From positions 1 through 16,926 of the forward strand of contig JAUQYZ020000063.1 of the NCBI GenBank assembly GCA_030587475.2: a DNA stretch of 16,926 nucleotides. Direction: 5' to 3'. Of the stretch, positions 1 through 7,755 are shown one piece after another; the stretch's first letter is position 1, and each line of letters begins with the position of its first letter. The notes below the pieces were generated by a model. The model saw only the letters and a program-made list of their open reading frames with translations. It made no database searches and was not told the origin of the DNA. The DNA comes from Candidatus Sigynarchaeum calidifontis. GTDB taxonomy: Archaea > Asgardarchaeota > Lokiarchaeia > Sigyniarchaeales > Sigyniarchaeaceae. Both the position numbers and the translations under genes were made by a program.

Positions 1-1230
1 CGAACCATTGCCCTCGAGGAACTCGCGCGGCGGCTCGGCATCACGGAGAAGACGGTCGAGGAGAGCCTCGCGTCGCTCATCGCCCGCGGCGACAACGCGG
101 GCTACATCGATTTGCGGACGCGAGAATTCAAGCTCGACACGGTACGGCCATCGATCTCGGCCGCATCGCAAAAAGGGCAGGGCAAGCAAAGCGGTACCCA
201 GCCCGGGGTGCCGTTTGTTTCGAACCACGATGAAAAGTACGTGGAAGTTGTCCGGGAATACGATTTCGTCGGCGGGCAGGTGCACTTCAAGGTGGCCGTG
301 CGGAACAACTCGGCAGCTGCAATCTACGACGTCAAGGTCGTTCTCGACTATCCAGATGCGTTCCAGATCGACGACGAGATGATCTCTATCCCCGTGATCG
401 AGCCGAACAGCAGCCGTGGCGTCGATTTCTATCTCGAACCCACGAGCTGCGGGAAATCACAGGTCGGGGCTACGGTCATCTACAAGGACTACACGGCCAC
501 GCCGCACACCGTGCACGTGGAAAAGAAGGAGGTCTGGATCAAGTGCCCGCTTGTCGTTGCCACCATGGACAATCTCAACGACGTGATGCTGGTCATCCAG
601 AGCCTCCCGAGCGATGCGCGGACTTTCTTGATATCGGACATCGATGCACGGCTCGCCTACCACGCTGGTTTCAGGGCGATATCGCACTTCGACGCTCGAT
701 GCGTGGCAGCTCCCGAGAAGATGGAAGGTGACATGTTCGAAGCGGAAGCATATTTCGCTTCGAAAGTGAAGGTCGGCGGAGGGCGCATCGTGATCAAGCT
801 GACCGTGTCGGAGAAGAGCCAGATCATGGAGATACGGGTCTGGTGCGCCGAGGCAGGCCAGCTTACCGGGTTACTCGCCAAGATCATCGAATACTTGTTC
901 CAGGAGATCAACATCATCCGCAAGATCAAGGCCGATTCCCGCGAGAAGACCATCGATTTAATGGCTATTGCTCAAGGCATCACGGTTCTCTCGGATTACG
1001 TGATGTTACAGTGGAAGGCCGGGGACGTGTGCAACAAGCTGGAGGATCTCTTTGCGCGCTTGACACGCGTGCTAAAGACGGATGAGCTGCTCGACGAGAT
1101 GAAGGCATGGCTTGGCAAGTTGCGGGAGCAAGACGAGGACGCGAACCTGTCAAAGGAATTATCCGAGCAGCTCGCGCCCGTCGTTGAAAAATGGCAAGAG
1201 GCCATCAACCGGAAGGTCGTCCCGGAATAG
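1..1230 (+). CDS. 5'-truncated protein: PCI-like winged-helix segment, then Ig-like beta-sandwich plus platform (coatomer/adaptin appendage-like), then a C-terminal helical domain
   Basis: The frame of ORF 112..1230 is open back to base 1 (RTIALEELARRLGITEKTVEESLASLIARGDNAGYIDLRTREFKL), so TTG at 112 is not the real start. This segment fits the C-terminal winged-helix pattern of PCI domains. Residues encoded at ~232-888 show the beta-sandwich pattern (VHFKVAVRNNS..IYDVKVVL..IEPNSSRGVDFYLEP..VGATVIYKD) followed by an alpha/beta platform-like region. The CDS is confident; the domain calls are by eye. Confidence 0.7.
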   Translation, partial: RTIALEELARRLGITEKTVEESLASLIARGDNAGYIDLRTREFKLDTVRPSISAASQKGQGKQSGTQPGVPFVSNHDEKYVEVVREYDFVGGQVHFKVAVRNNSAAAIYDVKVVLDYPDAFQIDDEMISIPVIEPNSSRGVDFYLEPTSCGKSQVGATVIYKDYTATPHTVHVEKKEVWIKCPLVVATMDNLNDVMLVIQSLPSDARTFLISDIDARLAYHAGFRAISHFDARCVAAPEKMEGDMFEAEAYFASKVKVGGGRIVIKLTVSEKSQIMEIRVWCAEAGQLTGLLAKIIEYLFQEINIIRKIKADSREKTIDLMAIAQGITVLSDYVMLQWKAGDVCNKLEDLFARLTRVLKTDELLDEMKAWLGKLREQDEDANLSKELSEQLAPVVEKWQEAINRKVVPE

Positions 1231-1241
1231 ATGTCGTCACG

Positions 1242-2471
1242 TCATGCGGTCGGGAGCTTTTGGTGCCCTCCTTTCTTCGATACTTTTTGCTGGTGCAAGT
1301 AATAGAAGAGCACGATCACCGCGAGGCCGGCCAGCACGAGCACCCACCAGAAGTGTGCCAGGAAAGTCACGAATTCGAACCAACACGAGCTGCCCGTGCA
1401 CGAGCCGGCCGTCCACGTGCGCCCGGTCGCGGGGTCGGTGATCGCCAGCGTGGTGGCCGGGGCAACGCGGGTGAGCAAGAAGCCCTCGGCGACCTTCCCG
1501 ACCGCCCCGATCACGGCAGCCGAGACATGGGCGAGGTCATCCGACGTCGTGTGCCATTGGGGGTAGTCGAGGTCGATGATGTCGATGCAAGGGATGCCGA
1601 GACTAATGAACGGGACGTGGTCGTCGGTGATCGATTTCGCAGAAGGCGTCGTGGGAAAATACGTGCCGTATCCCAGGCATTGGCCCATTGAAAAGAAGGC
1701 GGAGAGCAATTGCTGGTTCGAGTTGAGTTCCTGGTTCGCGTGGAACCCGCTGCCACCCACCATGTCCAACAAAATGAACCCTTTCACGCGGCTCGCGCTG
1801 CCCGCCAGGCTCGCAAGGGTTCCCGCCATGTACGTCGAGCCCATGATCCAGTCGAACCCGTCCATCCCCTGCCCCCCGCCATCATAGCCTTGATCCTCCG
1901 CGTCGAAGAACACGAGCCACGTTTCCCGCGTGATGCCGAGCGACGCGTTCTGACAAGTCGCGTTCAGCACGCGGGCCATGTCGAGAAGGATGGCCGTGCT
2001 CGACCCGCCGTCGTTCGCCGCGGGCACGGGCTCGTTTCGCTTGCCAACGTCTGGATCATGGGTAGCCCTTGCCCGCGCGTCATAGTGACTTGCAAGGATC
2101 ACGATGTCCGCCGAGGCATTGCCCGGGACGAGCCATTTCCCGATGATATTCTTGCAAGGCACCCCATTCACCATAAAATGCTGCTCCACGACCGCGGCAC
2201 CACGCCCCTCCAGGACGGAATGAATGTACGCGGCGCTGGAGTTGATGCCCGCAGTGCCGGGGTAACGCGGCTGGTAGGAAAAAAGGGAAGTCAAGTGCGA
2301 CCAGGCGTTACCGGGCGATAGCTGCAGCGTGTACCGGATCTCGCTTTGCGCGGGGCTGGCGGCACCTCGCGTGGTGCCAGCGACCCACCCGGAAGCGAGA
2401 ACGGTGCTAAACGCGAAGACATATAGCACGGCGGTGAAACGTCTCGTCCCGCAGCGAGTCTGGCTTGCCAT
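1242..2471 (-). CDS. M28-family zinc peptidase / glutaminyl cyclase-like protein with N-terminal signal or TM segment and C-terminal membrane anchor
   Basis: M28 motifs SHYDAR, ANDGGSSTA, FFDAED, LLDMVG, DDHVPF and WHT. Hydrophobic N-terminus (AVLYVFAFSTVLASGWV) and C-terminal TM helix (FWWVLVLAGLAVIVLFYYL) followed by a basic tail. ATG at 2471 is preferred over TTG at 2480. Confidence 0.88.
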   Translation of the reverse strand: MASQTRCGTRRFTAVLYVFAFSTVLASGWVAGTTRGAASPAQSEIRYTLQLSPGNAWSHLTSLFSYQPRYPGTAGINSSAAYIHSVLEGRGAAVVEQHFMVNGVPCKNIIGKWLVPGNASADIVILASHYDARARATHDPDVGKRNEPVPAANDGGSSTAILLDMARVLNATCQNASLGITRETWLVFFDAEDQGYDGGGQGMDGFDWIMGSTYMAGTLASLAGSASRVKGFILLDMVGGSGFHANQELNSNQQLLSAFFSMGQCLGYGTYFPTTPSAKSITDDHVPFISLGIPCIDIIDLDYPQWHTTSDDLAHVSAAVIGAVGKVAEGFLLTRVAPATTLAITDPATGRTWTAGSCTGSSCWFEFVTFLAHFWWVLVLAGLAVIVLFYYLHQQKVSKKGGHQKLPTA

Positions 2472-2506
2472 GATCGACAAAGATACACCACGTCGTGAGT
2501 ATACAG

Positions 2507-2514
2507 CTTAAATA
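2507..2514. promoter_or_regulatory. Candidate TATA box in the short divergent intergenic region between the M28 and Fe-S genes
   Basis: CTTAAATA (reverse strand TATTTAAG) lies between divergent starts at 2471 and 2565. Confidence 0.4.
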
Positions 2515-2564
2515 GGGAACCGACCGATTATATGTTATCCAACGTGCGTGGGCGGAGAAAAACC

Positions 2565-3731
2565 ATGGCCGAAGTAGAGAATCCGGAGAAGGTATGGACG
2601 AAGGCAGCGGCCCCGATCATCGCCGCCGGCCCGCTCCCTTTCCAGCCTTCCGAGACACTCCTGCAGATCTTGAAGGCGTACTTGACCGAGGAGGAGGCGG
2701 CGTTTGTCGGGAAGGCGTTCAAGATAAAACAGTCACAAACGATGGAACAGCTGGTGAAGAGCACGAAAGGAATGGCGGAAGCAGATATCGTCAGGCTTTG
2801 CGAAAGCCTGGCGAAAAAAGGCTTCATGTTCAACCAGCCAAGCTCTTCTGGAATGATGGTCTACCGATTGCTGCCGCTCGTAGTCATCGGCGCGTTCGAG
2901 TACACGTTCATGCGAAAGGACCCGCCGGAAGGCATGGACGAGAAGAAACTCAAGGATCTTGCCAAGTCGTACGAGAAATTGCTTCACGAGCTGCGCGACC
3001 AGATCCAGAACGCGTATGACGCCGTGTTACCTTTGTTCCAGAAGCAGCCACCCGTCGATCGAACCGTACCCTTGCTCAAGACCGAAGATGGCAAGGAAAT
3101 CAAGATCGAGCAGCCGGTCGGTGAGGAAATCGGTGAAAAGATCTTACTTGCCAAGAACGTCGCCGACATCATCAAGAAATTCGACGACATTGCCGTGGGC
3201 AACTGCTTTTGCAGGGCATACCATGCTGTGCTCGGGGACAAGTGCAAGATCAATGCCCCGTTGGAGGTCTGCATGACTTTCGGGAAGTCCGCGCGGCACG
3301 TGGTGCAGCAAGGATTCGCTCGGAAGATATCGAAAGACGAGGCACTCGCGATCTTGCAAAAAGCAGAGGATGCCGGGCTCGTGCACAAGGCGTTCCACAA
3401 CAAATCAGACGTGAAGGAGATCGAAAATTCGATTTGCAATTGCTGCCCCGATTGCTGCGACACGTTCCAGTTCTGGCGGAATGGATCGACGCCGCTGGTC
3501 AATTACGCGTCCTACATCGCGAAGATCAACGATGATGGCTGCACGGGCTGCGGGACATGCGAGTCCAAGTGCCCAGTCGGCGCGGCGTACGTCGACGACG
3601 GCAAGGCGAAGATCAAGCAAGACGTGTGCATCGGCTGCGGCGTGTGCGCCCACTTCTGCCCGGAAAACACGATATCGCTGCTGGAGAAGCCGCGGATCGT
3701 GTTCCAGCCGCCACCACGGCTCAAAAAATGA
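2565..3731 (+). CDS. 4Fe-4S dicluster domain-containing iron-sulfur protein (N-terminal wHTH-like region, central Cys-rich domain, C-terminal 2x[4Fe-4S] ferredoxin)
   Basis: C-terminal CTGCGTCESKCP and CIGCGVCAHFCP motifs. Central CFCR..C..EVC..AGLVH..ICNCCPDCC pattern, typical of a family widespread in anaerobes. ATG at 2565 follows a purine-rich GGAGA; the alternative ATG is at 2532. Confidence 0.88.
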   Translation: MAEVENPEKVWTKAAAPIIAAGPLPFQPSETLLQILKAYLTEEEAAFVGKAFKIKQSQTMEQLVKSTKGMAEADIVRLCESLAKKGFMFNQPSSSGMMVYRLLPLVVIGAFEYTFMRKDPPEGMDEKKLKDLAKSYEKLLHELRDQIQNAYDAVLPLFQKQPPVDRTVPLLKTEDGKEIKIEQPVGEEIGEKILLAKNVADIIKKFDDIAVGNCFCRAYHAVLGDKCKINAPLEVCMTFGKSARHVVQQGFARKISKDEALAILQKAEDAGLVHKAFHNKSDVKEIENSICNCCPDCCDTFQFWRNGSTPLVNYASYIAKINDDGCTGCGTCESKCPVGAAYVDDGKAKIKQDVCIGCGVCAHFCPENTISLLEKPRIVFQPPPRLKK

Positions 3732-3771
3732 GCTGCAATCGCTCCATCGAAGAGATTTGCTTGTTGATAGG

Positions 3772-3798
3772 AAAAAAAACGAGAATTTCTTTTTTTTT
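3772..3798. terminator. Bidirectional oligo-T terminator region between convergent genes
   Basis: A8 run (3772-3779) and T9 run (3790-3798) between the stops at 3731 (+) and 3824 (-). This fits archaeal-type U-tract termination on both strands. Confidence 0.55.
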
Positions 3799-3823
3799 GA
3801 CGATTAATACTCTATTTACCAGG

Positions 3824-5047
3824 TCATGGCAAGAATTCCCGCAACTTGGCGAGGAACAAACCGACATCCTCCACGATGCCGATGGCTTGCGCGGATCCCC
3901 TGTCGATGAGCTTCGTCACGACGGCCGGGTTTATGTCCACGCACACGGTCTTGACCGACGATGGCAGGAGATTCCCGGCGGCGATGGCGTGTAGCGTCGA
4001 TGCCAGCAAGAGAACCATCTCCGCGGGCCTGAGGAGCTCGGCCATCTGGTCTTGCGCCTGGAGGACATCGGTCACGACTTCCGGGAGGGGTCCATCATCG
4101 CGGATCGAGCCCGCGAGCACGAACGGCACGCCGTGCTCGATGCACGCGTGCATGATGCCCTTCGTCAAGATGCCCGAGGTGATGGCTCCCCGGATCGATC
4201 CCGCTCCACGAATCGCGTTGATCGCTCGAAGGTGGTTGCGATGACCGCCTTCCATGGATTCTCCGGTCTCGATGGAAATGCCCAAGGACGTTCCAAACAA
4301 GGCATGCTCGATATCATGCACCGCGAGTGCATTCCCGGCGAGGAGTGCATTCACGTATCCTTTCTTGATGAGAGTCACGAGATGATCGACGCCACCTGTG
4401 TGTACGATCGCGGGGCCAGCAACGACCGCGATCTTCCCTTTCAATCGGGCGATCTCCTCGGCGATCTTCTTGATGGTCGTTTCGGACGGCTTCTCCGACG
4501 AGATCTTCGATACCATGAAGTCGAAGACCTTCGACCGCTCTCGCGGCCGTTGTGGGGGCAGCACCCGCACGCCACCGCTTCTCACGACGATCAGGTCCCC
4601 GTTTCGAACGTCCTTGATCTTTTTCGTCCGCGCTTTCCCTTGCATGGTGTTCTCGACGACGATTACGCAGTCCATGCGGGGATCCTTGACCTCCACCCAT
4701 TTCCCGCCCAGGCGTATGAGCGTGGGATGGTTCGTCGTGGAATAGAAGTTTTTCGGCAATATCGTGTCGCCCGGGGCAGGCTCGAGCGCCACGTCTCTCT
4801 CTTCCTCGTGCATGACACCGAGTTTCTTGACAGCTTCGAGGACTTGCTCCAAAGCCGGCTTTGAACCAGCCTTGATCAGGATGCGGGCTCGGCTCTGATC
4901 CTTGTTCGTCTTTCCGATCACGAAATCGAGGATTTCAAAATCCCCGCCAAGCTCGACTATCTTGTCGAGGATCTTCGCCAAGACGAGTGAATCGATAAGA
5001 TGGCCTTCCAGGTGCACTTCTTCGCTGCATTCTTGCACGGGCCTCAC
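3824..5047 (-). CDS. TIGR00300 family protein (LOR/SDH-related; ornithine cyclodeaminase-like, homologous to the C-terminal part of ArgZ/AgrE)
   Basis: Family motifs LEGHLIDS, FYSTTNHPT, GPAIVHTG, GNALAVHDIE, GHRNHLRAIN, LAGSIRDDGPLP, LHAIAAGN and CVDINPAVVTKLIDRGS. GTG start, with a TATATA element about 40 bp upstream (5084-5090). Confidence 0.92.
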   Translation of the reverse strand: MRPVQECSEEVHLEGHLIDSLVLAKILDKIVELGGDFEILDFVIGKTNKDQSRARILIKAGSKPALEQVLEAVKKLGVMHEEERDVALEPAPGDTILPKNFYSTTNHPTLIRLGGKWVEVKDPRMDCVIVVENTMQGKARTKKIKDVRNGDLIVVRSGGVRVLPPQRPRERSKVFDFMVSKISSEKPSETTIKKIAEEIARLKGKIAVVAGPAIVHTGGVDHLVTLIKKGYVNALLAGNALAVHDIEHALFGTSLGISIETGESMEGGHRNHLRAINAIRGAGSIRGAITSGILTKGIMHACIEHGVPFVLAGSIRDDGPLPEVVTDVLQAQDQMAELLRPAEMVLLLASTLHAIAAGNLLPSSVKTVCVDINPAVVTKLIDRGSAQAIGIVEDVGLFLAKLREFLP

Positions 5048-5405
5048 TTGCTACGTGTTCGTGTTTTATCATGCGCGCCCGTCATATATAGGCAATTGGT
5101 GGCAAGTGGCTGCGCGCGGGCTCGAATCCAGGCAAAAAAAACGCCTCGATATGCATCGGAATGATCCCTATCGTTCTGTCGGTTAATTCATTCACCAGCT
5201 TTGCCACCATCGCTGCCAGTGGAGCCATTCGTCGCGTTCCAGCCACCATCGAAGCGCGTGAAAAGGTTTCTACCGGCGACGACGGTGCAGTTCCTCTACC
5301 CCGGCGCGATCCAATCATCTTTTTTCTCGGTACGTCTATCGCAATAGCTACTTTTTTCTTGGAACAAGACTAGCTTGGATCATCACTTGTTTCAAGTGAC
5401 ACACC

Positions 5406-5831
5406 ATGGCAGACAAAGAAGCCTTGAAAGCGAAATTATTGCCCAAGTTTAAAGCCCAGCAATTCGGATTCGAAGACCTCGCCGATGCACTCCAATTAAT
5501 GTGCGAGTTGGGGAACACCGAAGAGGATTTCCAGGATGAATATGAAGATTTCACGAAGACCTACCAGTTCGCCGTGAGCGATAAACCAGAAAGCGACTGG
5601 ATGTGGTTAAAGGTCGAGAAGGGAAAATTCTCTTGTGGCAAGGGAAAAATCGACAAGAAGGACTTGACCTTCACCATGACCGCCCAGCTCGCGGCGGACA
5701 TGATTTCCGGGAAGGTCAATTCGAACAGCGCCTTCCTTTCCGGCCAGCTAAAGCTCGATGGCTCCGTGAAAGACGGTGCCAAGTTCCAGGGCATGCAAGC
5801 CATCATGCGCGACGTGCTCGGCCTGGATTGA
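5406..5831 (+). CDS. SCP2 sterol/lipid-binding domain protein
   Basis: SCP2 signature TYQF...WLKVEKGKFSCGKG...DLTFTM...MISGKVNSNSAFLSGQLKLDGS. Confidence 0.88.
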   Translation: MADKEALKAKLLPKFKAQQFGFEDLADALQLMCELGNTEEDFQDEYEDFTKTYQFAVSDKPESDWMWLKVEKGKFSCGKGKIDKKDLTFTMTAQLAADMISGKVNSNSAFLSGQLKLDGSVKDGAKFQGMQAIMRDVLGLD

Positions 5832-5904
5832 ATAATCCATCTATTTTCTTCATTTTTTGCCGGGATAACGTCTTGGATAATATTAAAAAAGGGATTAATA
5901 TACA

Positions 5905-6353
5905 TTAGAAAAGATTTGCCCGGATTTCTTGCATCGTGATGCTACGGGTCACGTTGCGGTTTGGCGTCGCGAAATAAATCTGGTTGCTTCCTGTAGCATC
6001 GTATTGCGATGCCCACATCACGCGTGCCGTGTGGACACCTGCCGCGAGTCTCCCTGACACCCATGAAAGCGCTATGCACGTCGCACCTTCCTCCTGAGAC
6101 CCAGACGCGAGCTGGTGGTACCAACCGACCTTTTCCTGCGCCACGACCACCCCGTCGACCTCGAGGGTGATGTTGAATCGCACAAAAAAACGGCGCAGTT
6201 TACTCCATATTCATTAAACAAGTATCCCCCCTATTGCATGTAATCAGGGGGTGGTTGGTCCTTGGGCAACAGCGCGCCGGCTATGAAAATCGTGATGACC
6301 GCGCCGGCAGCAAGAATGACGGCAATAGAGCCTAAGCGCTTTTTTCTCACCAT
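5905..6353 (-). pseudogene. Probable disrupted membrane-anchored surface protein: N-terminal TM fragment (6353-6231) plus an out-of-frame beta-rich C-terminal fragment (6183-5905)
   Basis: SD GGAGGTG precedes ATG at 6353, which gives MVRKKRLGSIAVILAAGAVITIFIAGALLPKDQPPPDYMQ* (40 aa, stop 6233-6231). The downstream 92-codon ORF is in another frame, has no SD, and reads like a beta-rich domain C-terminus (FNITLEVDG..GVHTARVMWAS..RSITMQEI). Confidence 0.5.
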
Positions 6354-6612
6354 GATCTCGATGCACCTCCGGTCACGATTGTAGTTACGCCCATGTTGCA
6401 CGAGTCGATGCTGTGGCTCGGTGCATTGGACTAGTGCGACCGTATCACCAAGTATAGACCAATATTCTTCCTATTAAGCTTTGTGAAAGCGTCGTGCATG
6501 CCCTATATCATCGGTTCGGCCGGTGCTTACCCTTCAAGAGAACGTTTCTCGAATACGTGTGAACCGATCGAAGCCGATGCCCTGGACCACGTGATCAAGC
6601 AACAAACATATT

Positions 6613-7554
6613 CTAGAATTCCAACAAGCTGATGCTCATGATGGCCATACCGACAACGATGCCGACGATCACGAGATGGCCGTTGCCGTATTTGTGCGCC
6701 GTCGGCAATATCTCGTCGAGCGAGATGTATACCATGATGCCGGCGATGATCGCGAGTAACCCGGCGATGACTTGCGGGTTTAGAAAGGGTAAAAAGATGA
6801 TTGCGCAGACAAGAGCTCCTGCTGGCTCTGCAAGCCCGGACAAGAACGACCAGGTAAACGCCTTTTTCCGGTCGCCCGTGGCGCAGAATATCGGCAAGGA
6901 AGTCGAAACGCCCTCGGGAATGTTGTGGATGATGATCGCGAACGTGATGAGCAGGCCGAGGTTGATGTCGCTGAGCGTGGAGCTGAAGGTGGCCATCCCC
7001 TCGGGGAGGTTGTGGATCGTGATGGCAATCGCGGTCATGATGCCCGAGCGCAAGATGGACATCTTCTTTTGCTCCTCCTCGGAATGAACGATCATCTGGC
7101 GCCGGATAAACATGCGGCGGTGCAAGTGGGGGCCATTACCATTACCACGACCATGCCGAAACCCGTAGCCTTTACCGTGGCGGAGTCGGCGGCCATGACC
7201 GCGATCATCTTGAATATCACCGCCGGAATCTTGCTTGCCGGCCTCCACCGGGCTGGGCATGCACACACCGTTCATTCCGCCGTTTTCGAGAAAAGGTTCG
7301 GGTATAACCAGGTCGATGATGCCGGGCACTCCCATTCCGGCGAAGAATAAAAGGATTCCGACATTGCCCACGACTTCAATACCGTCTGGAAGTAATTCCA
7401 TGAATGACACGTAGATCATCACGCCCGCGGAGAGCCCGAGCCCGACCGACATTATGGACATCCTGGGTTTCTTGATAAGAAGGGCGAGGGCACTCCCGAT
7501 GCCAGTCGACAGGCCGGCGACCAGCGAAAAGAGCAATCCAAGCCAGATCTCCAT
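6613..7554 (-). CDS. zupT: ZIP-family divalent metal transporter ZupT
   Basis: Motifs LSAGVMIYVSFMELL, AITIHNLPEG, AIIIHNIPEG, SGLAEPAGA and AGIMVYISLDEILPTA. About 8 TM segments. SD GGTGG at 7565-7561. Confidence 0.95.
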   Translation of the reverse strand: MEIWLGLLFSLVAGLSTGIGSALALLIKKPRMSIMSVGLGLSAGVMIYVSFMELLPDGIEVVGNVGILLFFAGMGVPGIIDLVIPEPFLENGGMNGVCMPSPVEAGKQDSGGDIQDDRGHGRRLRHGKGYGFRHGRGNGNGPHLHRRMFIRRQMIVHSEEEQKKMSILRSGIMTAIAITIHNLPEGMATFSSTLSDINLGLLITFAIIIHNIPEGVSTSLPIFCATGDRKKAFTWSFLSGLAEPAGALVCAIIFLPFLNPQVIAGLLAIIAGIMVYISLDEILPTAHKYGNGHLVIVGIVVGMAIMSISLLEF

Positions 7555-7565
7555 GAATATCCACC

Positions 7566-7593
7566 TTAGGCTTGCCTAATTAGGCATAGCTAA
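7566..7593. promoter_or_regulatory. Two tandem 14-bp palindromic operators resembling DtxR/IdeR/MntR/SirR-family boxes
   Basis: TTAGGC-TT-GCCTAA (7566-7579, perfect 6-bp arms) is immediately followed by TTAGGC-AT-AGCTAA (7580-7593). Both lie between the TATA box and SD of zupT and resemble the TTAGGTTAGCCTAA-type core of DtxR-family boxes. Confidence 0.75.
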
Positions 7594-7598
7594 TAGGG

Positions 7599-7606
7599 TA
7601 TTTAAA
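7599..7606 (-). promoter_or_regulatory. TATA box of zupT
   Basis: TTTAAATA on the minus strand, about 45 bp upstream of ATG 7554. Confidence 0.65.
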
Positions 7607-7755
7607 CCTACTGGTTAACATTTTCGCCCCGCTTCAACCTTGTTTCGACAAAAATACCATCTCGTCGCCGGCCCACGCGTCACATGATTGGCGGAGATGA
7701 GGGAAAAGTCAAGATTGCGCCATCCGGTGCCGAGCCACATACCCCGTGCCATCGA

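Noticed and set aside
1191-4864. ORFs such as 1191..1691, 1710..2321, 2984..3502 and 4052..4864
   Set aside because: Antisense or off-frame overlaps of well-supported genes.
5082-5373. Short ORFs in the ~350-bp gap between the TIGR00300 and SCP2 genes
   Set aside because: No motifs, SD or convincing codon bias. Treated as intergenic, and no RNA gene was recognised.
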